Source of the DNA: Planctomycetota bacterium
GTDB taxonomy: Bacteria > Planctomycetota > JACQVV01
Length of the DNA stretch: 56,193 nucleotides
Assembly (NCBI GenBank): GCA_016209595.1
Contig: JACQVV010000299.1
Coordinates: 1-56,193 of the forward strand
Reading direction: 5' to 3'
Part shown: positions 18,654 to 26,010 of the stretch, piece after piece
Numbering within the stretch: the first letter of the stretch is position 1
Layout of the letters: the number at the start of each line of letters is the position of its first letter
Notes under the pieces: model-generated
Told to the model about the DNA's origin: nothing
What the model saw: the letters and a program-made list of their open reading frames with translations, nothing else
The model's database searches: none
Made by a program: the position numbers and the translations under genes

Positions 18654-19735
18654 AGTTCGAGGCTCTCGCGGCGGACCTCAAGAGAAACGGAGTGCGCCGG
18701 GCCTATGCGTTCGCGGGCCCCGAGGGGTATTTCCGCGACCGAGGCTGGCGGCTGGTGCGGGACGCGCTCCTTCTGTCCGATCCGCGTTCGGACTGCCAGA
18801 CGCTCGACGCGGGCGAGAAGCCGGGGGATTCCGGGCGGCTCGACTTCCCGCGACTTCTTTCCGACCTCTCCACGCCCGCGCTCTTCGGCGGAAGAACCGC
18901 GATCCGGGTGCGCCACGCGGAGACGGTCCTCAAGTCGCATGGCGACCGTCTCCTCTCCTTCATCGCCTCCGCGCGAGGGAGCTGGGTCCTCGTCCTGGAC
19001 ATGGAGAAGCTCGACGGGCGCACGAAGGTGGCGAAGAAGCTCGAGGAGCAGGGCGCGGTCGTTTCGTGCGAGACCCCGTGGGCTTCCCCGCCCCCCTGGT
19101 CCAGGGACCCGCCGCACGAGAACGACCTCGCGCGCTGGGTCGCGGGCGAGTTCGCCCAGCGGGGCAAGAAGGTTCGCCTCGAGGACGCCCATCTTCTCTG
19201 CCAGAGGGTCGGCGCGAACCTCTTCGCCCTGGAGCAGGAGATCGAGAAGCTCGCAGGATACGCCGGGAAGGGAGCGGTCGGCGCCGAGGCCATCCGGCTT
19301 CTCGTGGGCGCTAGCCGCAAGGAGAAGCTCTTCGAACTCGCCGACTCGGTCTACGGCGGCCGGCCCGCGGAGGCGCTCTTTCGGCTCTCCCGGGTCTTCG
19401 AGGAGGGCATCGAGGACGCCTCGGGGCGACTCACGACGAACCCGGCCGGCATCGCGCTCCAGGCGGCGGGGGCGCTCGCCTCGGAACTCCGGCGCATCCG
19501 CGCCGCGCGAGAAGCGGCTTCGCGGGAGAAACTCGGCGAAAAGGAGCTCGCGGAGAAGATCGGCGTTCGGCCCTTCGTCGCCGCCCGGCTCCTTGCCCAC
19601 GCCCGCAGGCTCTCCGGCGACCGGATCGCCTCCATGGTCCGGGAGCTCGACCGCGCGGACCGCGACCTCAAAGGGTCGGGACTCCCACCGCAATGGGTCC
19701 TGGAACGGAGCGTCGTGCGGATCGCATCGGGGTAG
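18650..19735 (+). CDS. holA: DNA polymerase III delta subunit
   Basis: YAFAGPEGYF, LSTPALFGGR, KLDGRTK, LEQEIEKL, FELADSV, ADRDLKGSG, LERSV; GTGA overlap with the regulator. Confidence 0.85.
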   Translation: MKFEALAADLKRNGVRRAYAFAGPEGYFRDRGWRLVRDALLLSDPRSDCQTLDAGEKPGDSGRLDFPRLLSDLSTPALFGGRTAIRVRHAETVLKSHGDRLLSFIASARGSWVLVLDMEKLDGRTKVAKKLEEQGAVVSCETPWASPPPWSRDPPHENDLARWVAGEFAQRGKKVRLEDAHLLCQRVGANLFALEQEIEKLAGYAGKGAVGAEAIRLLVGASRKEKLFELADSVYGGRPAEALFRLSRVFEEGIEDASGRLTTNPAGIALQAAGALASELRRIRAAREAASREKLGEKELAEKIGVRPFVAARLLAHARRLSGDRIASMVRELDRADRDLKGSGLPPQWVLERSVVRIASG

Positions 19736-22099
19736 GTGGGCGCGGTGCGACATCACTTCCTCCGGGCGATCGAGCTCGAGAACTTCATGCTCCACCGCTC
19801 GACGCGGCTTGCGCTCTCGGCCGCGCCGGTCGTGCTCCTCACCGGCGCGAACGGGAGCGGCAAGACGCAGATCCTCGACGCGCTGATCCTGGCCATGGGC
19901 CACCACCCGAAGCGCGTCAAGAAGGGGAACCTCGCGGAGCTCGTGGGGGCCTTCGGATCCCGGGCCCGGGTCTCGATCGAGATCGCCAATCCGGTCGCGG
20001 AGGGCGCCCGGGCGATCCGAGTGGACGAGCCGGACCTCGCTCAAGCGATCGACCACGACCTCGTCGCCGTCTCCGCCAGGATCGACAGGGAAAGCGGGCT
20101 GTCCTACTCGATCCGCGCGCGAGGCAAGGAAAAGCGGGTCCGCCGCCAGGATGTCCGGGCGATCTTCGACGCCGTGGGCATCTCGGCCGACAACCGGCTC
20201 GCCTTCACCGAGGAGGGAACGGTCAACGTCTTCGCCGACCAGACGGGACGCGCGAAGCTCGACCTCGTGCTGGAGACAACCGGGCTCGCCGCCTACCGCC
20301 AGAACCTCGTGGAGGCGATCGAGCGGGCGGACAAGGCGTACGCGCAGCTCGAGCCGATGCGGTCGAAGCTCAAGCTCGAGAAGGACTACCTGGCAAGTCT
20401 GGAGAAGAATCTGGAGCTCGCCCGCCGGCGCGAGGAGATGGAGAGGCAGCTCTCGGAGCTCGCGATCGAGGAGCCCTGGGCGCGCGCGGCGGAGGTCGAG
20501 GAGAGAGAGGCCGGCCAGCGGGAGCGCATTGCCGGCCGCGAGGAGGAGCTCGCGACTGCCGAACGGGAAGAGACCGAGATCCACCGCAGAGCGAAGGAGA
20601 CTGCCGGGGAAGAGGCCGACCTCTCCGAGCGCATCGATGGCGAGGAGGAGCTCCTGGCCCAGGTCCGAGGGCGGATCGAGCGGCTCGCGGGGGAGATCTC
20701 GTCCCGGAAGGACTTCCTCTCGCGGCTAGGCGCCCGCGCGGAGGCCCTCGATGAGGCGGACGGGGGCGCGCTCCAGGCGAGCGAGAGGAACGGAGAACGG
20801 GCACCGCTCGCGCCCGCGTTCCTCGCCGCCGAGATCCTCATCCGCCGGGCCCCGGACGCCGGGATCGAGATCCTCGGCGAGCCTCGCTTCCGGCCGGCGG
20901 CCCCGGGCGAGGAGCCCGTGTTCGTCTCCGTCCTCGTCACCGGCTCGCGTGAGGCTGGAGCGCGCCCTCTATCGCCCGAATGGCCGGACGGCTTCGCGCC
21001 GATCGAAGCGCTCCTCGCGCCCGAAGCCGCCTCCCGGCTGGCGGCCCAGGCGGGCGAGTCCGCGCGCCGGGCCGATATCGCGGCGCTTTTCCGGCTCCTC
21101 CAAGCCGAGCGCGCGAAGGTCGAGGCCGACCTCGAGGCGAGGTCGCGCGAGAAGGCCGAGGAGGAACGGGGCGCGTCGCGCATCCGCGAGGTGCTGGCGG
21201 GCCTCGCGGACGATCTCTCCGAGATCGAGCGCGCCCGGCGCGCGATCGACGAGAGCGCCCGCGACCTGGAGGGGCGGCGAAACGCCCTCGCGGCGGTGAT
21301 CGCGAAGTACCGAGAGGAACTCGACGAGACCCGGTCGGAGCTCGCGGCCCTGCGGCGCGAGGCCGAGGAGGCCGGGCCGCGGCCGAAGAAGGTCAGGGAC
21401 CGGCGCGCGGTGCACGACGAGCGCGTCCGTCTCGAGGGGCAGCTCGCCGAGATCCGTGCGACCCGGGTCTCCATGGACCGCTACCGCGAGCAGAAGGCGA
21501 AGGTCGAGCGGATGGAGGAGGAGCTCGCCGGCTCCTCCGAGCACCTCGAGCGGCTTCGCGCGGACATGAAGGAGAAGTACGACGCCTGGCACCGGGAGGT
21601 CCAGGCGCGGATCGACCGGATGGCGGAGGGCGTGACGAGTCTCCTCTCGGGCGTCTACGAGGGGCTAAGGCTCCGCGTCGAGAACCTCCTCGATCCCGAG
21701 CGGGCGGCCTTCCACATGGAAATCCGCCGGCGCGGCAAGACCTGGCGCGACCTCGTCCACCTGTCGGGCGGCGAGAAGGTCCTCGCGGTCGAGGCGCTCA
21801 TCCTCTCCATGCACCTTCTCACGGACTCGCCCGTCCACGCGATCGACGAGTTCACCCAGCGGCTCGACCTGGAGTTCAAGGCCTACGCCCTCGACATGGT
21901 GGCGCGGACCGTCGAGCGGGCCGACCGCGCCCTCGCCGGGCCCTACTCGCCGCAGTTCCTGCTGCTCGCCCCGGACACGATCGGCGTCGAGTGGGACGAG
22001 ACGAGCCGCGCGTTCTTCCAGCGCGTGGTCCTCGCCGCCACGCGCGCGGGCGGGGGCGGCCCGCGCGAGGCGACGCTCTCGGAGGTCGGGGATGGCTAA
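19736..22099 (+). CDS. SMC-family ATPase with Smc5/6-type motifs (787 aa, short arms, reduced hinge)
   Basis: IELENFMLH; Walker A GANGSGKT; ISADNRLAFTEEGTVNVFA (Q-loop region); two coiled-coil arms; signature LSGGEK; Walker B/D-loop SPVHAIDEFTQRLD; QFLLLAPD. SMC class is certain; the Smc5/6 subclass is inferred. Confidence 0.85.
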   Translation: MGAVRHHFLRAIELENFMLHRSTRLALSAAPVVLLTGANGSGKTQILDALILAMGHHPKRVKKGNLAELVGAFGSRARVSIEIANPVAEGARAIRVDEPDLAQAIDHDLVAVSARIDRESGLSYSIRARGKEKRVRRQDVRAIFDAVGISADNRLAFTEEGTVNVFADQTGRAKLDLVLETTGLAAYRQNLVEAIERADKAYAQLEPMRSKLKLEKDYLASLEKNLELARRREEMERQLSELAIEEPWARAAEVEEREAGQRERIAGREEELATAEREETEIHRRAKETAGEEADLSERIDGEEELLAQVRGRIERLAGEISSRKDFLSRLGARAEALDEADGGALQASERNGERAPLAPAFLAAEILIRRAPDAGIEILGEPRFRPAAPGEEPVFVSVLVTGSREAGARPLSPEWPDGFAPIEALLAPEAASRLAAQAGESARRADIAALFRLLQAERAKVEADLEARSREKAEEERGASRIREVLAGLADDLSEIERARRAIDESARDLEGRRNALAAVIAKYREELDETRSELAALRREAEEAGPRPKKVRDRRAVHDERVRLEGQLAEIRATRVSMDRYREQKAKVERMEEELAGSSEHLERLRADMKEKYDAWHREVQARIDRMAEGVTSLLSGVYEGLRLRVENLLDPERAAFHMEIRRRGKTWRDLVHLSGGEKVLAVEALILSMHLLTDSPVHAIDEFTQRLDLEFKAYALDMVARTVERADRALAGPYSPQFLLLAPDTIGVEWDETSRAFFQRVVLAATRAGGGGPREATLSEVGDG

Positions 22100-22760
22100 C
22101 CCGCGGCGGGAGAGCGTCCGGCGCGAGCTCTGGGAGCTCATCCTGCGCTACAAGTCGATGCTTGCCCGAAGGGACGTCTTCCCGGTCGCGGTCCGGGAGT
22201 GCGACCGGAGCCGGCTCTCGGTGCTCGCCCCCGAGCTCGTCACGGTCCCCGACCGGATCCTCGACAGCAAGGCCTACCTCCAGCTCTCGACCATGCAGGA
22301 GGAGTCGAACAGGAAGTTCCTGGCCGCCGGGACGACGCCCGCGATCCGGATGCGGATGCTCGCGCGGGTGGTCGCCGCGCTTGCGACGCCCGTCATCCAC
22401 CTCGCAGGGAAGGGAAGCCTGTCGCTCAAGCCGTTCGAGATGTCGGCCGGCGGGGACTCTCCCGGAGAGCTCCAGGCCGCCGAGGAGGGGCGTCCCGTCC
22501 TTCCCGCCGCCTCGGTCCGGGCGCGACCGGTGGACGAGAGGGAGCTAGAGAGGACGCGCGAGCGGGTGGCGGGCGAGGCTTCCCGGGCCCGGCGCCTCGG
22601 GGACCTCGTGGAGCGCCTCTCGTTCGAGGAGGCGGAGATCCTCTCCCAGCTCGCCACGGCCGGAAAGGTCGAGCTCCCGGTTCGGGAGCTCCTCGGGGAG
22701 GACGCGCCCCCAGGCACGGTCGTCTCGTTCGTCCTGAAATCCGAAGGGAGCGTGGCATGA
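22092..22760 (+). CDS. Putative kleisin (ScpA/Nse4-like)
   Basis: 8-nt overlap with the SMC stop; helical N-terminus, low-complexity middle, C-terminal ILSQLATAGKVEL resembling the kleisin cap winged helix. Largely a contextual call. Confidence 0.5.
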   Translation: MANPRRESVRRELWELILRYKSMLARRDVFPVAVRECDRSRLSVLAPELVTVPDRILDSKAYLQLSTMQEESNRKFLAAGTTPAIRMRMLARVVAALATPVIHLAGKGSLSLKPFEMSAGGDSPGELQAAEEGRPVLPAASVRARPVDERELERTRERVAGEASRARRLGDLVERLSFEEAEILSQLATAGKVELPVRELLGEDAPPGTVVSFVLKSEGSVA

Positions 22761-23341
22761 ACGGCAAGCTCGAAGATCCGCTCGAACAGGATCCCGGGGA
22801 GGAACGCGGGGACGACGTTCTCCAGGAGCTTTTCCTAGCCCTCACGGCCCGCTGGCGTTCCGAGGACGGGAAGCTTGCGGTCGGGGTGCCACGGAAGAAG
22901 CTCGTCGCCGCGCTCGATCTTCCCGAGGCGGAGCTCGGGCCGGTCCTCGACCGGCTCTCCGGGCGGATCGGGCCCCTGGGGCTCGAGGTCGTCGAGTACT
23001 ACCACGGCCGCGACCGCTGGGTGGCGCTGCGAAGCCTCGCGGCCTGTCCGAACGAGCTCGGCGAGTGGGAACAGGCCGTCCTCGGGGTCGTGATCGCATT
23101 TCTGGAGGAAAGCCAGCGCCCCGACAGTTCTCAAGTCCCCCTCTCGAAACTCAAGCGGCTCCTGGTGCGGGGGAAGTACCTCTCCGAATATCGTCTCGAG
23201 CGAGTGCTCGCGAACCTGGAACACCTGGGCTACCTCTCCCGGAAGAAGGATGGCTACGCCTACGGGCCGCGAACGCTCCTGGAGTTCGGCGAGGAGCGGC
23301 GGAAGAACATCCACGAGGAGGCGAGGGAGCTCATCTTCTGA
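22757..23341 (+). CDS. KITE-like tandem winged-helix protein (Nse1/Nse3/ScpB superfamily), 194 aa
   Basis: ATGA overlap; LDRLSGRIGPLGLEVVE...WVALRS; EQAVLGVVIAFL; LERVLANLEHLGYL..KDGYAYGPRTLLEF. Confidence 0.7.
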   Translation: MNGKLEDPLEQDPGEERGDDVLQELFLALTARWRSEDGKLAVGVPRKKLVAALDLPEAELGPVLDRLSGRIGPLGLEVVEYYHGRDRWVALRSLAACPNELGEWEQAVLGVVIAFLEESQRPDSSQVPLSKLKRLLVRGKYLSEYRLERVLANLEHLGYLSRKKDGYAYGPRTLLEFGEERRKNIHEEARELIF

Positions 23342-23808
23342 TGGAGTTCAAGTTCGACGAGGTCTCGATCCGCTGCATGGGGTGCCGCGCGGAGAACACT
23401 CTCGAAGGAGCGATCCAGGACGAGTGGAGGATCTGCGACCACTGCCACTTCTTTATCTGCCGCTTCTGCCTGGAGAATCTCGGCGACGAACGCTACTGCC
23501 TCTCCTATGCCTGCCGCCAGGCCCACCGCCCCATAGAAGCCGGTCCGGTCCCGATCGAGCGCGTCCTCCTCTTCGCCCGGGTCGAGAGAGCCCGCTCGCG
23601 AAAGAAGGGGCTCCTCTACAAGCTCTTCTTCGCCGATGGTCCCGGCCTTGACCTCCCTTTCGTCCTTCGCGAAGTCGAGGAGGAACCGGACGAGGACGAC
23701 CCGTCCCGGCGTCCGGCCACCGTCCAGGAGGAGGTCTGGCGAAACCATCGCCTCGTCGTCACCAAGCGCCGCGCCGGGAAGTTCATCACGTGGGAGAAGA
23801 TCTTCTAG
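23341..23808 (+). CDS. Stand-alone 8-Cys RING-like zinc finger protein, 155 aa
   Basis: TGATG overlap; C-x2-C-x16-C-x2-C-x4-C-x2-C-x9-C-x4-C (CMGC..CDHCHFFICRFC..CLSYAC). Confidence 0.65.
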   Translation: MEFKFDEVSIRCMGCRAENTLEGAIQDEWRICDHCHFFICRFCLENLGDERYCLSYACRQAHRPIEAGPVPIERVLLFARVERARSRKKGLLYKLFFADGPGLDLPFVLREVEEEPDEDDPSRRPATVQEEVWRNHRLVVTKRRAGKFITWEKIF

Positions 23809-24565
23809 ACGCCAGGAGATCCCGAGCCCATCCTTCGAGATCCCGCGAAAGCGGCGGCGCGGGAGGCTTCGAATAGTCGAGCACCATGTCGTAGCCCCCG
23901 CGGTCGTAGACGAGCGTCAGCGCCTTCGCCAGATCGAGGAAGACCGGCGAATCTTCGCACAGGAGGGGCACCGGAACGTGGGGGATCGGCTCGGGGAGCT
24001 CCCATCCTTTGGCCCAGGCCTTGGGATACTCCCAGGCGCGATGGACCAGCGTCAAGTAGTTGTGCGGCGGGATACTCCCTTCATAGGCTGGTCGTTCCCC
24101 TTCCCGAAGGAGATCGATCTCGACGAGGCTCGTCGGAGAAGCGAGGACCTCGTTTCTTTTTCGCACGTACTCGCTCATTCCCTCCCCGGGACGCTTGTTC
24201 CAGGGAGAGAGCACTTCGATCACGGTGACGACCTCTTTGCCGGGGAGCTTGCGGATCTGCAGGTAGTAGTCGTGCTGCAGGGGTTCGGCCGTTACTTCGA
24301 CCTCGACGAATCCCGGGGCGAGAACCGCCGTCCCCCCGGACGAGCGGGCGTCGCGCCGGCCGGCGATGGCCACATCGGGCTCGATCATGCGCCGCGAACC
24401 ATTCTCGCGCTCGACGTAGACTCGCTTCTCGGTGTCCACCCAGAAGCGTGGACGCACGAGAGGAGTGAGCAGCTCCGCGATCGCCACGATCAGCTTCGTG
24501 TGGACACCATGCCAGAAGACGGAGTCTTCCAGGTAGGGGTCCATCCCGGGAAAGGGTGAAGGCAT
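23786..24565 (-). CDS. DUF4058-family protein (Uma2-like PD-(D/E)xK fold)
   Basis: MPSPFPGMDPYLE, IEPDVAI, VTVIEVLSPWNK, LVEIDLLREG, PVPL, YDRGGY..LDYS. Confidence 0.85.
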   Translation of the reverse strand: MPSPFPGMDPYLEDSVFWHGVHTKLIVAIAELLTPLVRPRFWVDTEKRVYVERENGSRRMIEPDVAIAGRRDARSSGGTAVLAPGFVEVEVTAEPLQHDYYLQIRKLPGKEVVTVIEVLSPWNKRPGEGMSEYVRKRNEVLASPTSLVEIDLLREGERPAYEGSIPPHNYLTLVHRAWEYPKAWAKGWELPEPIPHVPVPLLCEDSPVFLDLAKALTLVYDRGGYDMVLDYSKPPAPPLSRDLEGWARDLLASRRSSPT

Positions 24566-24673
24566 CCTCCGATCCTCCTCTTCGCGACGCCCTGAGAGTA
24601 CGCCGAGTCGAGACGGGGCGCAACGGACTCCGCCCCATGGCGTCCGTGCTGCCCGGCGCGGTACGCTCGTGGA

Positions 24674-25186
24674 GTGATGTTCGCTCACGAATCGACACGA
24701 GTCGCGCGCGTCTACGTTCTCTCCCGGGTGGCGCGCGAGATCCAGGAGCACGCCCTCTCGGCCGCCCCGGACGAGGCCATGGGGAAACTCTATGGATACC
24801 GCCGCACGTTCCAGGGAGTCCGCTACGTCCGCGTGACGGAGCGGGCGACGGCCCCCTGCGACACGGGCCCCGCTCACGGGCGCTTCACTCCAGAGGCGAC
24901 GCGGGCCTGCGAGGAGTGGGTGGCCACCCGCTACGAGGGCTCCCGCGACCGCCCCCGCGAGATCGGCGTCTACCACTCCCACCCGTTCGGGGCCGAGCCC
25001 CACCTCTCCTCGACCGATCAGGAAACCTTCCTCTCGTTTCCCTACGACGAGCCCGGGAACGTCTTCCTCCTTTCCGATCCCACGGCCGGGTGGCTCAAGG
25101 CCCATGTCGTCTCCGACCGGGAGGGGGAACGGGTTCTCGAGGAAGTTCCCTGGGTCGAGTACTGGGCGAAGGGAACGCCCCCATGA
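24674..25186 (+). CDS. JAB1/MPN/Mov34 (JAMM/MPN+) metalloisopeptidase
   Basis: EAMGKLYG...IGVYHSHPFGAEPHLSSTD...LLSDP, giving the E-xn-HSH-x8-S-x2-D zinc site. Confidence 0.88.
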   Translation: MMFAHESTRVARVYVLSRVAREIQEHALSAAPDEAMGKLYGYRRTFQGVRYVRVTERATAPCDTGPAHGRFTPEATRACEEWVATRYEGSRDRPREIGVYHSHPFGAEPHLSSTDQETFLSFPYDEPGNVFLLSDPTAGWLKAHVVSDREGERVLEEVPWVEYWAKGTPP

Positions 25187-26010
25187 GCTCGGACCGGATC
25201 GAGGTCGGGCGCGAGGATCCCCACGACCGGACGAGGCGAGCCCTCGGCCGCCATGGCGTGGAGCGCCTCGGGGCGTCGCGCGTCCTTGTCGTCGGCGCCG
25301 GCGCGATCGGGAGCGAGGCGGCGAAGAATCTCGCGCAGCTCGGCGTGGGCCGACTCGACCTCGTGGATTTCGACAGCGTCTCTCCCACCAACCTCAACCG
25401 CTGCGCCTTCTTCACGCCCCTCCAGGCGGCCGCGGGGACTCCCAAGTCCGTGGCGCTCGCCGAAGGGCTCGCGCGGTTCGCGCCCGACGTCGGGACTCGC
25501 CCACATGCCTGCCGGATCGAGGAGGCGCCCGATGACGTCTGGGAGGCCGATCTTGTCCTCGTTGCCGTCGACGACAACGCCGCGCGCTATCACGTGAACG
25601 CGAGGCTCCTGGGCTCCGGGCGGGCCGTCCCCCTCGTCGACGCGGCCATGGGGCGCACGCTTTGCCAGGTCCAGGCCCTCCTCCCGCCCGAGACGGCGTG
25701 TCTTGCCTGCCTCTGGTCGAAGGAGTACCACGAGCGCCTGATGTCCGAGCTCGCCCGCGAATCATGCGACGAGTTCTTCCTTAGGGCCGTTGAGAGTTTC
25801 CCGGCCCTTCCGGTCGTCTCCTCGATCGCCGGGGCGCTCGCCGCGGCCGCCGTCCTCCCTTTCCTCGCCGGCGACTCCGGCGGCTTCGCGGCCCGGCCCG
25901 GACGAGCGATCCGTTTCGACCTCGCGACCGGAACCGCCTTCGAGGGCGAGGTCCTCAAAAACCCCGAGTGCGTCGAGATCCTCTGCCGCCGCGGGCGCCA
26001 GAGCCCGTGA
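25183..26010 (+). CDS. E1-like (ThiF/UBA superfamily) adenylating enzyme, 275 aa
   Basis: ATGA overlap; VLVVGAGAIGSEAAKNLAQLGVG, VDFDSVSPTNLNR, K of PKS, AVDDNAAR, CLAC, candidate catalytic Cys in RESC, NPECVEILC. Confidence 0.88.
   Translation: MSSDRIEVGREDPHDRTRRALGRHGVERLGASRVLVVGAGAIGSEAAKNLAQLGVGRLDLVDFDSVSPTNLNRCAFFTPLQAAAGTPKSVALAEGLARFAPDVGTRPHACRIEEAPDDVWEADLVLVAVDDNAARYHVNARLLGSGRAVPLVDAAMGRTLCQVQALLPPETACLACLWSKEYHERLMSELARESCDEFFLRAVESFPALPVVSSIAGALAAAAVLPFLAGDSGGFAARPGRAIRFDLATGTAFEGEVLKNPECVEILCRRGRQSP

Noticed and set aside
19736-22099. SbcC/Rad50 or RecN
   Set aside because: No central CxxC hook, no adjacent SbcD/Mre11, Walker B reads DEF rather than DEP, there is no H-loop His, and kleisin/KITE-like partners follow.
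19736-23808. Wadjet (JetABCD) / MukBEF / MksBEFG
   Set aside because: The SMC gene comes first rather than after the kleisin and KITE, there is no Toprim JetD/MksG, and the head motifs are not MukB-like.
24674-26010. CBASS Cap2/Cap3 or a thiamine/Moco sulfur relay
   Set aside because: No CD-NTase, E2 fusion, effector, ThiS/MoaD or rhodanese domain in the window. A partner elsewhere in the genome cannot be excluded.
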